A stretch of 64,000 bases of DNA. It comes from Flavobacteriales bacterium (GTDB taxonomy: Bacteria > Bacteroidota > Bacteroidia > CAIKAF01). The notes below the pieces were generated by a model, which was not told the DNA's origin, made no database searches, and was given only the letters and a program-made list of their open reading frames with translations. Shown here one piece after another: positions 56,597 through 64,000 of the stretch. Positions within the stretch are counted from its first letter, which is position 1. Every line of letters begins with the position of its first letter. The translations under genes and the position numbers were made by a program. Where the stretch lies: assembly GCA_026418175.1 (NCBI GenBank), contig JAOABX010000003.1, positions 117,084 through 181,083 of the forward strand, in the 5' to 3' direction.

Positions 56597-58429
56597 TTAC
56601 CGGTTAAGAATTACTTTTTTTGTGGTGCTTATATTGCCTTGCCGTATTTCAACAAAATAGAGTCCGTTTTTATGTTCTGATAAATCTAGCAAATGAGCAA
56701 ATTCTCCTTCGTTGACAATGCTTTTAGAAAAAACTAATCGACCCATCATATCATAAATCAATATTTCGTATGTATTGGTTTGAGGTAAAACTAAATTTAA
56801 TTGACCATCGGTTGGGTTTGGATATAATTTTGCCTCATTTATACCAACAATACTTTCAGTGCCCAAGGTAGCATCACATACTACAGGAAATACAGCAAGA
56901 GATACATCCAATTGCCACGACTGGCTGTCGTCAAAACGTTTCCATGTATTGTCAGAAAATTGTTCCCAAGCAGTTGAAGGCACTTGATTGCCATCGGTAG
57001 AGGTATATAATGCAACTTTTAAACTACCAGAATACGTTAATTTTATACCTGCATAAAAGTTGTTACCAACACTAACTGGACTGGTTAAATTAAGTAATGA
57101 AAATTGCCCATTCGACACATGATTAGCTATGGCTGATACAGGCATGTTTATACTTACTAATTCACTTCCCGGTGCTCCAGCGGTTTCATTCCAAAGTGCA
57201 GCTGCTACTGTTGAAGAACTGTTATATCCGGAAGCATGGCCAAACTTGAAGAAGATTTTTGTAACCTGTTTGTTGGTTCCAATATTCGAAAATCTCTCAG
57301 CTTTGGCTTTATCGTTGAATTCATTATGTCCTCCTACAAATCCTCCTCCATTAGTTGTATAAAGTACTTCTGTATCTCCTGCTGTCCAGTTGCTCAACGT
57401 GTCGCAGGTGCCAGAGCCACCACCGCCACCACCACCGCCACCACTTCCAGAACAGCCATTTGAGTTAAAAAGGCTGGAACGTGGTCCATTGATTGCTGCA
57501 TGCATCCTGGCTTTTTGTCCTGCTGTAAATAAATTCATACATGCATCATCCACATAGTCCATATAGTTCATAAACATTACACCGGGCGCTGAAGGACTAC
57601 AGGCATCAGTTAGTGGATAACTAGGGCACCCGTAATTTTCACCTCCTTGATTAGGAGTGTCGCTTACATTGTCTGTACCGCTACACGAAGTTCCATCATC
57701 TCCCCAAATGTGTTTTAGATTCAGCCAGTGGCCTACTTCATGCGTAGCAGTTCTTCCTTTATTGTATGGAGCTTGTGCACCATAAGCAGAGGTGCCAAAA
57801 TATTTATAGTTTATTACTACTCCATCTTGATTGGCAGGGAATGTTCCAGGTGGAGTTGCATACCCTAATATTCCTCCGCTAATATCACCAACCCAGATAT
57901 TAAGGTATTTATTCGATGGCCAGGCATCTTTTCCACCTTGGCTTGTAAATTTGATATTATCTGTGTTCATGTCAAAACTAGTGACAGAAGTAGAAGTACG
58001 TGTAATACCTGTAGTGGGCTGGCCATTAGGGTCAATATTTGCTAAACAAAATTCAATTTCAACATCAGCTGCTACCGATTGAAAGGCTGATGGCGTATTG
58101 GAAGCATCTGCATTTAAACGGCGAAAATCTTGATTTAATACATCAATTTGCGATTGAATTCGGGCATCTGATAGGTTTTCAGAAGCGTTGTTATACACAA
58201 TATGCACCACTACTGGTATAGTTATCAATAAAGCTTTTTCACTTTTGTCATGTGCATGTTCAGCAATCCATTGCTGGGTAAAAGCTTCCAACTCTTCCAT
58301 GTTTTTTCTAACATCGGGGTTGCTTTGCAATGCTTTTTGTACCAAATAATCAGTACCACAACGATGGACATTTTGTGCATAGAGATTCAGCAAGGGGTAG
58401 AACAAAATAACTAGTAGTAATTTCTTCAT
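56597..58429 (-). CDS. Secreted zinc metalloprotease, M43 (cytophagalysin/pappalysin-like), with a poly-Gly linker, beta-rich domain and T9SS CTD
   Basis: Signal peptide; THEVGHWLNLKH (HExxHxxxxxH zinc site typical of M43B); GSGGGGGGGGGSGT linker; CTD LYPNPTDGQLNLVL...GLYFVEI. Confidence 0.65.
   Translation of the reverse strand: MKKLLLVILFYPLLNLYAQNVHRCGTDYLVQKALQSNPDVRKNMEELEAFTQQWIAEHAHDKSEKALLITIPVVVHIVYNNASENLSDARIQSQIDVLNQDFRRLNADASNTPSAFQSVAADVEIEFCLANIDPNGQPTTGITRTSTSVTSFDMNTDNIKFTSQGGKDAWPSNKYLNIWVGDISGGILGYATPPGTFPANQDGVVINYKYFGTSAYGAQAPYNKGRTATHEVGHWLNLKHIWGDDGTSCSGTDNVSDTPNQGGENYGCPSYPLTDACSPSAPGVMFMNYMDYVDDACMNLFTAGQKARMHAAINGPRSSLFNSNGCSGSGGGGGGGGGSGTCDTLSNWTAGDTEVLYTTNGGGFVGGHNEFNDKAKAERFSNIGTNKQVTKIFFKFGHASGYNSSSTVAAALWNETAGAPGSELVSINMPVSAIANHVSNGQFSLLNLTSPVSVGNNFYAGIKLTYSGSLKVALYTSTDGNQVPSTAWEQFSDNTWKRFDDSQSWQLDVSLAVFPVVCDATLGTESIVGINEAKLYPNPTDGQLNLVLPQTNTYEILIYDMMGRLVFSKSIVNEGEFAHLLDLSEHKNGLYFVEIRQGNISTTKKVILNR
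57414..57446 (-). repeat. (GGN)n simple-sequence repeat encoding the poly-glycine linker of the M43 protease
   Basis: + strand gccaccaccgccaccaccaccgccaccact is the reverse complement of GGT/GGC repeats; possible slippage-prone tract. Confidence 0.5.
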
Positions 58430-58464
58430 TGTAATTATACTTTATTCAAAAGTAAGAATAAATA

Positions 58465-58497
58465 AAAAGCCTTTCAAAATTTTTTTGAAAGGCTTTT
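58465..58497 (-). terminator. Rho-independent terminator after 58521..60386
   Basis: Near-perfect palindrome aaaagcctttcaaaa / ttttgaaaggctttt with T-runs on both sides. Confidence 0.65.
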
Positions 58498-58520
58498 TAT
58501 TGGTTTGATTTACAAGAAAA

Positions 58521-60386
58521 TTAATTTTTTATGAGCTTTTTACGAATAGTTCCGTTAGATAATTCAACATCGAGCATATAAGTGCCTGTGGGCAAAGCTT
58601 GTAAATTGATTTGCTTGGTTATATTGCCTAATTGAATCCCCCAATCTTCACGGATAATTTCTTTACCGATTATATCCCGTATGATGATAATTAATTGATT
58701 TGATTCTTCCAAATTTACCGAAACATTTAGCAGGTCTTGAGTTGGATTGGGGAAATAATTAAATGCAATGGATGATTCTAAGTCGTTAATTCCAAAAGTA
58801 TTAAACACAAAAGCATTGGTGGTGTCCGTACATCCGTTTGCATTGGTTGCAATAAGTCGGAAAGTGCCATTGCTTGTTGGGGTATAATAACTTTGTACAC
58901 CGGCAGGCGCAGGAATATTAACCCAGGTAGAGCCACTTAAAATCTGCCATTGATAACTATATGAGCCGGATATGTTGGATTGTAAATTGCCTGTAGTTGG
59001 ATTTAGTGTAATGGCAAAATTACTTGGGATAGAAGTGTAAAATGTTAATACTGTATCTTCTATCATTCTAGAACATCCTGTTGTTGGATTGAAAACTTTT
59101 ACTTTATATCTACCTGTTTGTTTTACCCAACATTCATTGGTAGAACAAGGCAATCCAATAGTATCGTTATATAACCATTCATAGGCAAAGCCAGGATAAA
59201 TCGTTAATAAGATTGAATCTCCTGAACAAACCGCACTTGCACTAGCTTGCAAAACATCTACCGGTGGCAATGCAAATACTTTTACTGTGTCTGATGCAGT
59301 TACAGTTATAACAGTTTTCTCTATTGTGTATTGTACTATAAGTGAGCCGGAAGTAACAGTTTGAGTGGTTGTACCATAGCTATTCACAGGTGGTAGGCTA
59401 AATGTTACAGTTCCGCAGTCATCGTTTCCCCCTTCTAGACCAGAATCAAGGTCTGTAAATGTGGCAGTAAATGGCCAATTAGAAGGATTTATTCCCAAAT
59501 TAATATTGTTCCAAGTAATTGGGGGGTTAGTATTTTGAATTTCAGGACCTGTGTAAATTACTTGATTGGATGAATTACGGATTTTCATTTCATAATCAGG
59601 AGCTGAAAAGATATCAGTACATGGCCCAGCTAAAACAGTTACTGATTTTAAAACAAATCCAAATGTATCAACGGTCATACTATAGTTAACCGGATAATTT
59701 CCTGCGGTGGAGTATAATACCGGAGGAGGGTTTTGCGCATTAGATTGTGTCATATTTCCAAAATTCCATGAATAAATAACTCCCCCATAATGAGCTGGAT
59801 CTGGAGATACATAATTGCTTGGATTATTATTTGTAAAGCTAACAACAAGAGGTTCACATCCCAAAGGAGGAGCCATAGAAAATCCGGCATTGGATGATGA
59901 ACCAGGGAGTAGCATCATTTGAAGATTAAACGTTTGTTGGCCGGTTTGATTTCCGAGAATACCACCAACTGCAACCAATGCGGTTACAGTAATTGTAATA
60001 TTATATACTCCTGGATTTCCGATGGGCGTGCCACAAAGTTTTACACATCCGTGCCCACCTTGACCATTTAATACATATGTGTTATTGGGGCTGTTTGATT
60101 GCCAGTTAATTCCAAAAGGTAATCCGGTTATAGCATCAATTTTAACTTGCAACAATGGCCGCATGCCAAAAGGAGTATTTACCTCCGGTGGTAAATAAAA
60201 TGTAACATCTTCATTGTAAGCAATTCCTACAGTAGCTGCAGGTACCGAATCAGGACAAATTCCACCTCCGGGTGGATTGCAAGTAGCCGAGTTTACTATA
60301 CATCCCGGACATTGTGCAGATGCTTTTATACCAATGCCCATTAAAAACAAAACAAAAGGGAAAAAAATGGGTAAATACTTTTTCAT
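58521..60386 (-). CDS. Secreted PKD-like repeat protein with T9SS CTD; paralog of 11218..13065
   Basis: Signal peptide MKKYLPIFFPFVLFLMGIGIKASAQ; CTD FNYFPNPTQDLLNVSV...GTYMLDV; block similarity to 11218..13065 throughout. Confidence 0.7.
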   Translation of the reverse strand: MKKYLPIFFPFVLFLMGIGIKASAQCPGCIVNSATCNPPGGGICPDSVPAATVGIAYNEDVTFYLPPEVNTPFGMRPLLQVKIDAITGLPFGINWQSNSPNNTYVLNGQGGHGCVKLCGTPIGNPGVYNITITVTALVAVGGILGNQTGQQTFNLQMMLLPGSSSNAGFSMAPPLGCEPLVVSFTNNNPSNYVSPDPAHYGGVIYSWNFGNMTQSNAQNPPPVLYSTAGNYPVNYSMTVDTFGFVLKSVTVLAGPCTDIFSAPDYEMKIRNSSNQVIYTGPEIQNTNPPITWNNINLGINPSNWPFTATFTDLDSGLEGGNDDCGTVTFSLPPVNSYGTTTQTVTSGSLIVQYTIEKTVITVTASDTVKVFALPPVDVLQASASAVCSGDSILLTIYPGFAYEWLYNDTIGLPCSTNECWVKQTGRYKVKVFNPTTGCSRMIEDTVLTFYTSIPSNFAITLNPTTGNLQSNISGSYSYQWQILSGSTWVNIPAPAGVQSYYTPTSNGTFRLIATNANGCTDTTNAFVFNTFGINDLESSIAFNYFPNPTQDLLNVSVNLEESNQLIIIIRDIIGKEIIREDWGIQLGNITKQINLQALPTGTYMLDVELSNGTIRKKLIKN

Positions 60387-60444
60387 ATATTTTTAAAATT
60401 TATCGGCAAATTAAGAAATTTTAGCAAAAAATTGCTTTCTAAGG

Positions 60445-61863
60445 TTAAATTAATTCTTCTGCTTTTTTAATCAACCATGAAATGCTTGCAATCTGTTGAT
60501 TTGCTTTTATTTCTTGTAGCAACTTTTCGGCGGCTTCTTTGTCGCCAAGTTTAATACGCATCAGTTTTTTGGCAAATTTTACAAAGTTCAGGCAGATAGT
60601 TTTTTGATATTCAGATATCAATTCATTCCTTCGTAAGTAAACATAAAACGAATCAATGAGTGAATAAAAAGCATCCACATCATCGAGTTCATAATAGGTT
60701 TTTAGTAAAAGAATCTTTGAATCCAAAATATAGTATACATCCATGTATTCAACATTATTCAACAAGCGCAATGTTTTTTTATATTCCTTTTTAAAGAAAT
60801 GCAACCAGGCCAAATTGTAAATAAACGCATTCTCACGGTATTTGGGAGCTAGTTTTTCTTTGTAGCTATATAAAAAGTTTTCTACCCATTCAAATTCCTC
60901 TAAACGTAAACCAACAGTAACAATGTTCTTAAATGTAGAAGGGATGATATATCCGTTTTCATAAATCAGTTCTTTCTCAAGTAGTTTTTCAGAAAGCATA
61001 AAATATTCACGGAGATAGCGCGTATCGCCTTTATTAATTCGTTTAGTACAATAATTCTGTGCCAAGAAATATAAATCCCTAAATTCATCCTTCTTAAAGC
61101 AAACTTCGTGCTTTTCTAGCATTTCAAGCAACTTATAATAATTTTCTTCTTTATCTTCTTCGATTAATGTGAGTAGAACGGTGTAATAAACACTAATGGC
61201 CGGATAGTTATCAATATTTTGTTTTTTTACAAATCCAATTACTTCTTCTAAAAGCTGTGTGTTGTATGATGAATTCAAAAAGTTTTGCCGTGTGAACATT
61301 TCGCAGAGGTATTTTAGTTTTTTTGAGATGTAATAATAATCTAAGTTATCGGCCACATCCTGCAGGGTTTGATCTAAACTTTTATCACGCTTTACTGACG
61401 CATAATTATAAAGTGATTCTTCAATCAAATATCGGTTAAAATAATATTCAGAATCTTTGATTTTTTGCGTGTTTAAATACTTTTCTGTTTCATCAAAAAC
61501 CTGACTGAAATATTTTTCAATATCATGATTTCTGTAAAATTCAAGAAGCAAGTGATTTTGCTGAACCCTGTTTTTTTCAAGCTCCTTCCACATGATGTAT
61601 TTTTCAAGTAACTTACTAAGGTCTGAAAATGCATATCGAAGTTTGCTTTCATCAAAATCGCGGTTTTGATACAATTTAAAATACAACCGTTCTCGTTCTA
61701 CTCCTGGACCGGAAAAATCAGGATATTCTTTTTTAAGTAATAGAAAAAGCTGGGTAAGGGTTTCATTTTTATTAAAGAATGGTGACTGGATGAACTTTTC
61801 AAACTCTTTTAGCTCATGCGGTTCAAATGCCCGTAGTATTACTATCGGTTTGCTTTTATACAT
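60445..61863 (-). CDS. Hypothetical cytoplasmic all-alpha (TPR-like?) protein
   Basis: 472 aa; no signal peptide or TM; very K/E/Y/L-rich with predicted helical repeats; 58 nt upstream of the T9SS paralog gene on the same strand. Confidence 0.35.
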   Translation of the reverse strand: MYKSKPIVILRAFEPHELKEFEKFIQSPFFNKNETLTQLFLLLKKEYPDFSGPGVERERLYFKLYQNRDFDESKLRYAFSDLSKLLEKYIMWKELEKNRVQQNHLLLEFYRNHDIEKYFSQVFDETEKYLNTQKIKDSEYYFNRYLIEESLYNYASVKRDKSLDQTLQDVADNLDYYYISKKLKYLCEMFTRQNFLNSSYNTQLLEEVIGFVKKQNIDNYPAISVYYTVLLTLIEEDKEENYYKLLEMLEKHEVCFKKDEFRDLYFLAQNYCTKRINKGDTRYLREYFMLSEKLLEKELIYENGYIIPSTFKNIVTVGLRLEEFEWVENFLYSYKEKLAPKYRENAFIYNLAWLHFFKKEYKKTLRLLNNVEYMDVYYILDSKILLLKTYYELDDVDAFYSLIDSFYVYLRRNELISEYQKTICLNFVKFAKKLMRIKLGDKEAAEKLLQEIKANQQIASISWLIKKAEELI

Positions 61864-62105
61864 AGTTTGCCGCTCTTTGGTTTGATATGCCTAAATTTAA
61901 AAGTTTATTTGGGTAAATTCCTAATTGATATTTTCGGGTAACTGATGAGAAATTATGAAAATTTATGTATCACATTATCAGTAATATACTGTATTTTTTT
62001 ATACTCTAATACAACTCTTAATGTATCTTTTTTCCCGATAAATTCGTTATAATGTTATCAGTTTGTTAAGGTATTATTTATAACTTAAACAAAAATTTAA
62101 AGGTT

Positions 62106-62894
62106 ATGGAAAAAAAGTTTTACCAAGGTTTAATAGCAATAGCATTGCTTCCATTTTTTTATCAGCTAAACTTTGCCTTTGGTGGTGATGGTTCCTCTAC
62201 AATTACTATAAAAAAACAAGATCAAAAAGAAATTCATACCATAGCCGTTCAAGTAGCATCGATTGCTGATGTGGATATAAATAATCTACAGATATTATCG
62301 GCCACTCACACTCTTGTAAATGTTAAAGATGTTACTATTACAGGCAACATCATTCATGTTACTATTGATATTGTTCCAACGGCCAAAGGAGACAAAGAGG
62401 ATGAAGATATTATTGATGTTATCGAAATTGTTGGAATAGATAATATTACAGGAGTATTTATTAATCCCGGGGGGCAGCAAAATACAGCTACCGCATATGT
62501 AAATAATGGAACTGATGATGACGCTAACGAACACCATACCGATCATTTAAATACATTGCCCACAGTGTCTGAAATGGTTATATTAAATCATCATCAAACT
62601 GAACAGGTCCCCATTGCTTCACCAAATTCTGGTACAACGTCGTTTGTAAGAGATATGTTAGTATATCCTAATCCTGCAAAAGATGAACTTGGTGTTGTAA
62701 CAGTTGGAGAAATTTTGGGCAAATCAATTGTTATTGTGGATATGAGTGGTAAAGTACATAAAGAAATAATTGTGGCAGAAAATACTCATAAAACAACCAT
62801 TGATATTTCTGATTTGCCGGCTGGAATTTATTTAGTAAATCTCTCGGCCACTAATGGCAAAACGTACATCCAAAAATTTTATAAAGTAGATTAA
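62106..62894 (+). CDS. Small secreted protein with T9SS C-terminal sorting domain
   Basis: 262 aa; signal peptide; acidic His-rich middle region (DDDANEHHTDH); CTD MLVYPNPAKDELGVVTV...GIYLVNL. Confidence 0.55.
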   Translation: MEKKFYQGLIAIALLPFFYQLNFAFGGDGSSTITIKKQDQKEIHTIAVQVASIADVDINNLQILSATHTLVNVKDVTITGNIIHVTIDIVPTAKGDKEDEDIIDVIEIVGIDNITGVFINPGGQQNTATAYVNNGTDDDANEHHTDHLNTLPTVSEMVILNHHQTEQVPIASPNSGTTSFVRDMLVYPNPAKDELGVVTVGEILGKSIVIVDMSGKVHKEIIVAENTHKTTIDISDLPAGIYLVNLSATNGKTYIQKFYKVD

Positions 62895-62982
62895 TTTATC
62901 CATATATTTTTTGGTTACACAAGGAGGAGCTTATTAGGCTCCTTTTTGTATTTTTGAGCAGTTGTAATTTTAATAAAGTAAT

Positions 62983-64000
62983 ATGAATCAATCTGGTAAT
63001 GAATTTAAACCTACTACGTTTTTTGAATATATTTTAACCTATCATCGTGGGACTTTTGCAACTATTTTTTTAATACCACTTAGTGTTACGTACGGTTTTT
63101 TTGAAAAGATATCCAATAGAATAAAATTTTTATTTTACAGTGCTCCTCAAGCACACAAAAAGAAAGTACAAAAAATTCAAGAACAAATTAAATTATGGGC
63201 ACAAAGTGGCTCGAATCAAAAATTATGTACGGCCCGTAGTGGATGGAAAACCATGAGCGAACTTGTACCTGCATATAAAAAAACCTCGCATTTAATTGAA
63301 TTGAATTTAGTTGATATTTTGAGTATTGATGAGGAAAAACAGACTGTAAAGGTAGAGCCGCTAGTAAATATGGGGCAAATAAGCCGGTATTTATTGAAAC
63401 GCGGTTGGACCTTGCCGGTGATACCGGAATTGGATGATTTAACGGTAGGTGGTTTAATAATGGGTTTTGGAGTTGAAGGCAGTAGCCATAAGTATGGCTT
63501 ATTTCAATACATTGTAGACTCTATGGATATAGCTACGGCTGATGGTAACATTATTCATTGTTCTGCAAACGAAAATGCTGAATTGTTTTATTCCATTCCT
63601 TGGTCACATGGAACATTGGGTTTTTTGGTGATGGCTGAATTAAAAATTATCCCGGCGACCCGTTATGTAAAATTAAAATACCAACCGTTAATTGGCAAGG
63701 ATAAAATTTTCGAAGAGTTTGAAAAAGCCAGCAGAAATACTACAGAAAATGATTTTGTAGAAATGTTAATGTATTCCAGGGAAAAAGCAGTATTGATGAC
63801 TGGTAAAAGAGTGAATGAGATACAACAAGATGGTTTCGTTAATCGTATTGGCCACTATTATAAACCTTGGTTTTACAAGCATGTAGAAACATATTTACAA
63901 AAAAATAAAAATGGAGTTGAATACATTCCATTAATTCATTATTACCACCGGCATACACGAAGTTTATTTTGGGAAATGAGTGAAATTATTCCTTTTGGTA
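62983..64000 (+). CDS. Delta(24)-sterol reductase (DHCR24/DIMINUTO/DWF1)-like FAD-dependent oxidoreductase, 3'-truncated by the window end
   Basis: ATG at 62983; open through the window end (339 codons, no stop). Long near-identical blocks to animal DHCR24 as I recall it: LPVIPELDDLTVGGLIMGFGVEGSSHKYGLFQ, FYSIPWSHGTLGFLV, IIPATRYVKLKYQP, GHYYKPWFYKHVETYL, EYIPLIHYYHRHTRSLFWEMSEIIPFG. Not in the ORF track because no stop is reached. Confidence 0.75.
   Translation, partial: MNQSGNEFKPTTFFEYILTYHRGTFATIFLIPLSVTYGFFEKISNRIKFLFYSAPQAHKKKVQKIQEQIKLWAQSGSNQKLCTARSGWKTMSELVPAYKKTSHLIELNLVDILSIDEEKQTVKVEPLVNMGQISRYLLKRGWTLPVIPELDDLTVGGLIMGFGVEGSSHKYGLFQYIVDSMDIATADGNIIHCSANENAELFYSIPWSHGTLGFLVMAELKIIPATRYVKLKYQPLIGKDKIFEEFEKASRNTTENDFVEMLMYSREKAVLMTGKRVNEIQQDGFVNRIGHYYKPWFYKHVETYLQKNKNGVEYIPLIHYYHRHTRSLFWEMSEIIPFG

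Noticed and set aside
1-64000. CRISPR arrays, insertion sequences, integrases, prophage or conjugative genes
   Set aside because: None found. I saw no regularly spaced direct repeats, no transposase or integrase motifs (DDE, tyrosine recombinase R..HxxR..Y) and no phage structural genes. The tRNA gene is not flanked by an integrase.

Overview
Low-GC (~37%) Bacteroidota-like chromosomal window, probably Flavobacteriia-type: it carries gldH plus ten genes with type IX secretion (T9SS) C-terminal sorting domains, and the holB / PSP1 / gldH / PBP1A arrangement. No rRNA, CRISPR array, transposase or prophage gene is visible. Housekeeping genes are clear: era, tyrS, pgk, holB, mrcA-like PBP1A, scoAB, ssb, menF, trhO, a crotonase, an SDR threonine-dehydrogenase-like gene, and one tRNA-Met(CAT) with initiator-like features. 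They are interleaved with unusually many T9SS cargo genes: a PHM/DBH-like copper monooxygenase fused to a cytochrome c domain, a pentaheme c-type cytochrome, an ASPIC/UnbV FG-GAP propeller protein, an M43 metalloprotease, and large PKD-like repeat adhesin-like proteins, two of them paralogous and one built of internal modular repeats. Other notable content: a 3'-truncated gene at the window end encoding a strikingly eukaryote-like DHCR24 (delta-24 sterol reductase) homologue; an orphan 4'-phosphopantetheinyl transferase plus type II thioesterase pair with no carrier-protein synthase nearby; a three-gene operon ending in a 1235-aa multi-TM orphan histidine kinase; a GT2 / DUF2079-like / GT-C-like membrane glycosylation cluster; an Upf1-like SF1 helicase; a PIN-PhoH2 ATPase; and a short SSB paralog lacking the acidic C-terminal tail. 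Domain calls rest on motif recognition and remembered family consensus, not on database searches. Start codons were adjusted where the ORF track used TTG/GTG and a nearby ATG with a better N-terminus was visible.
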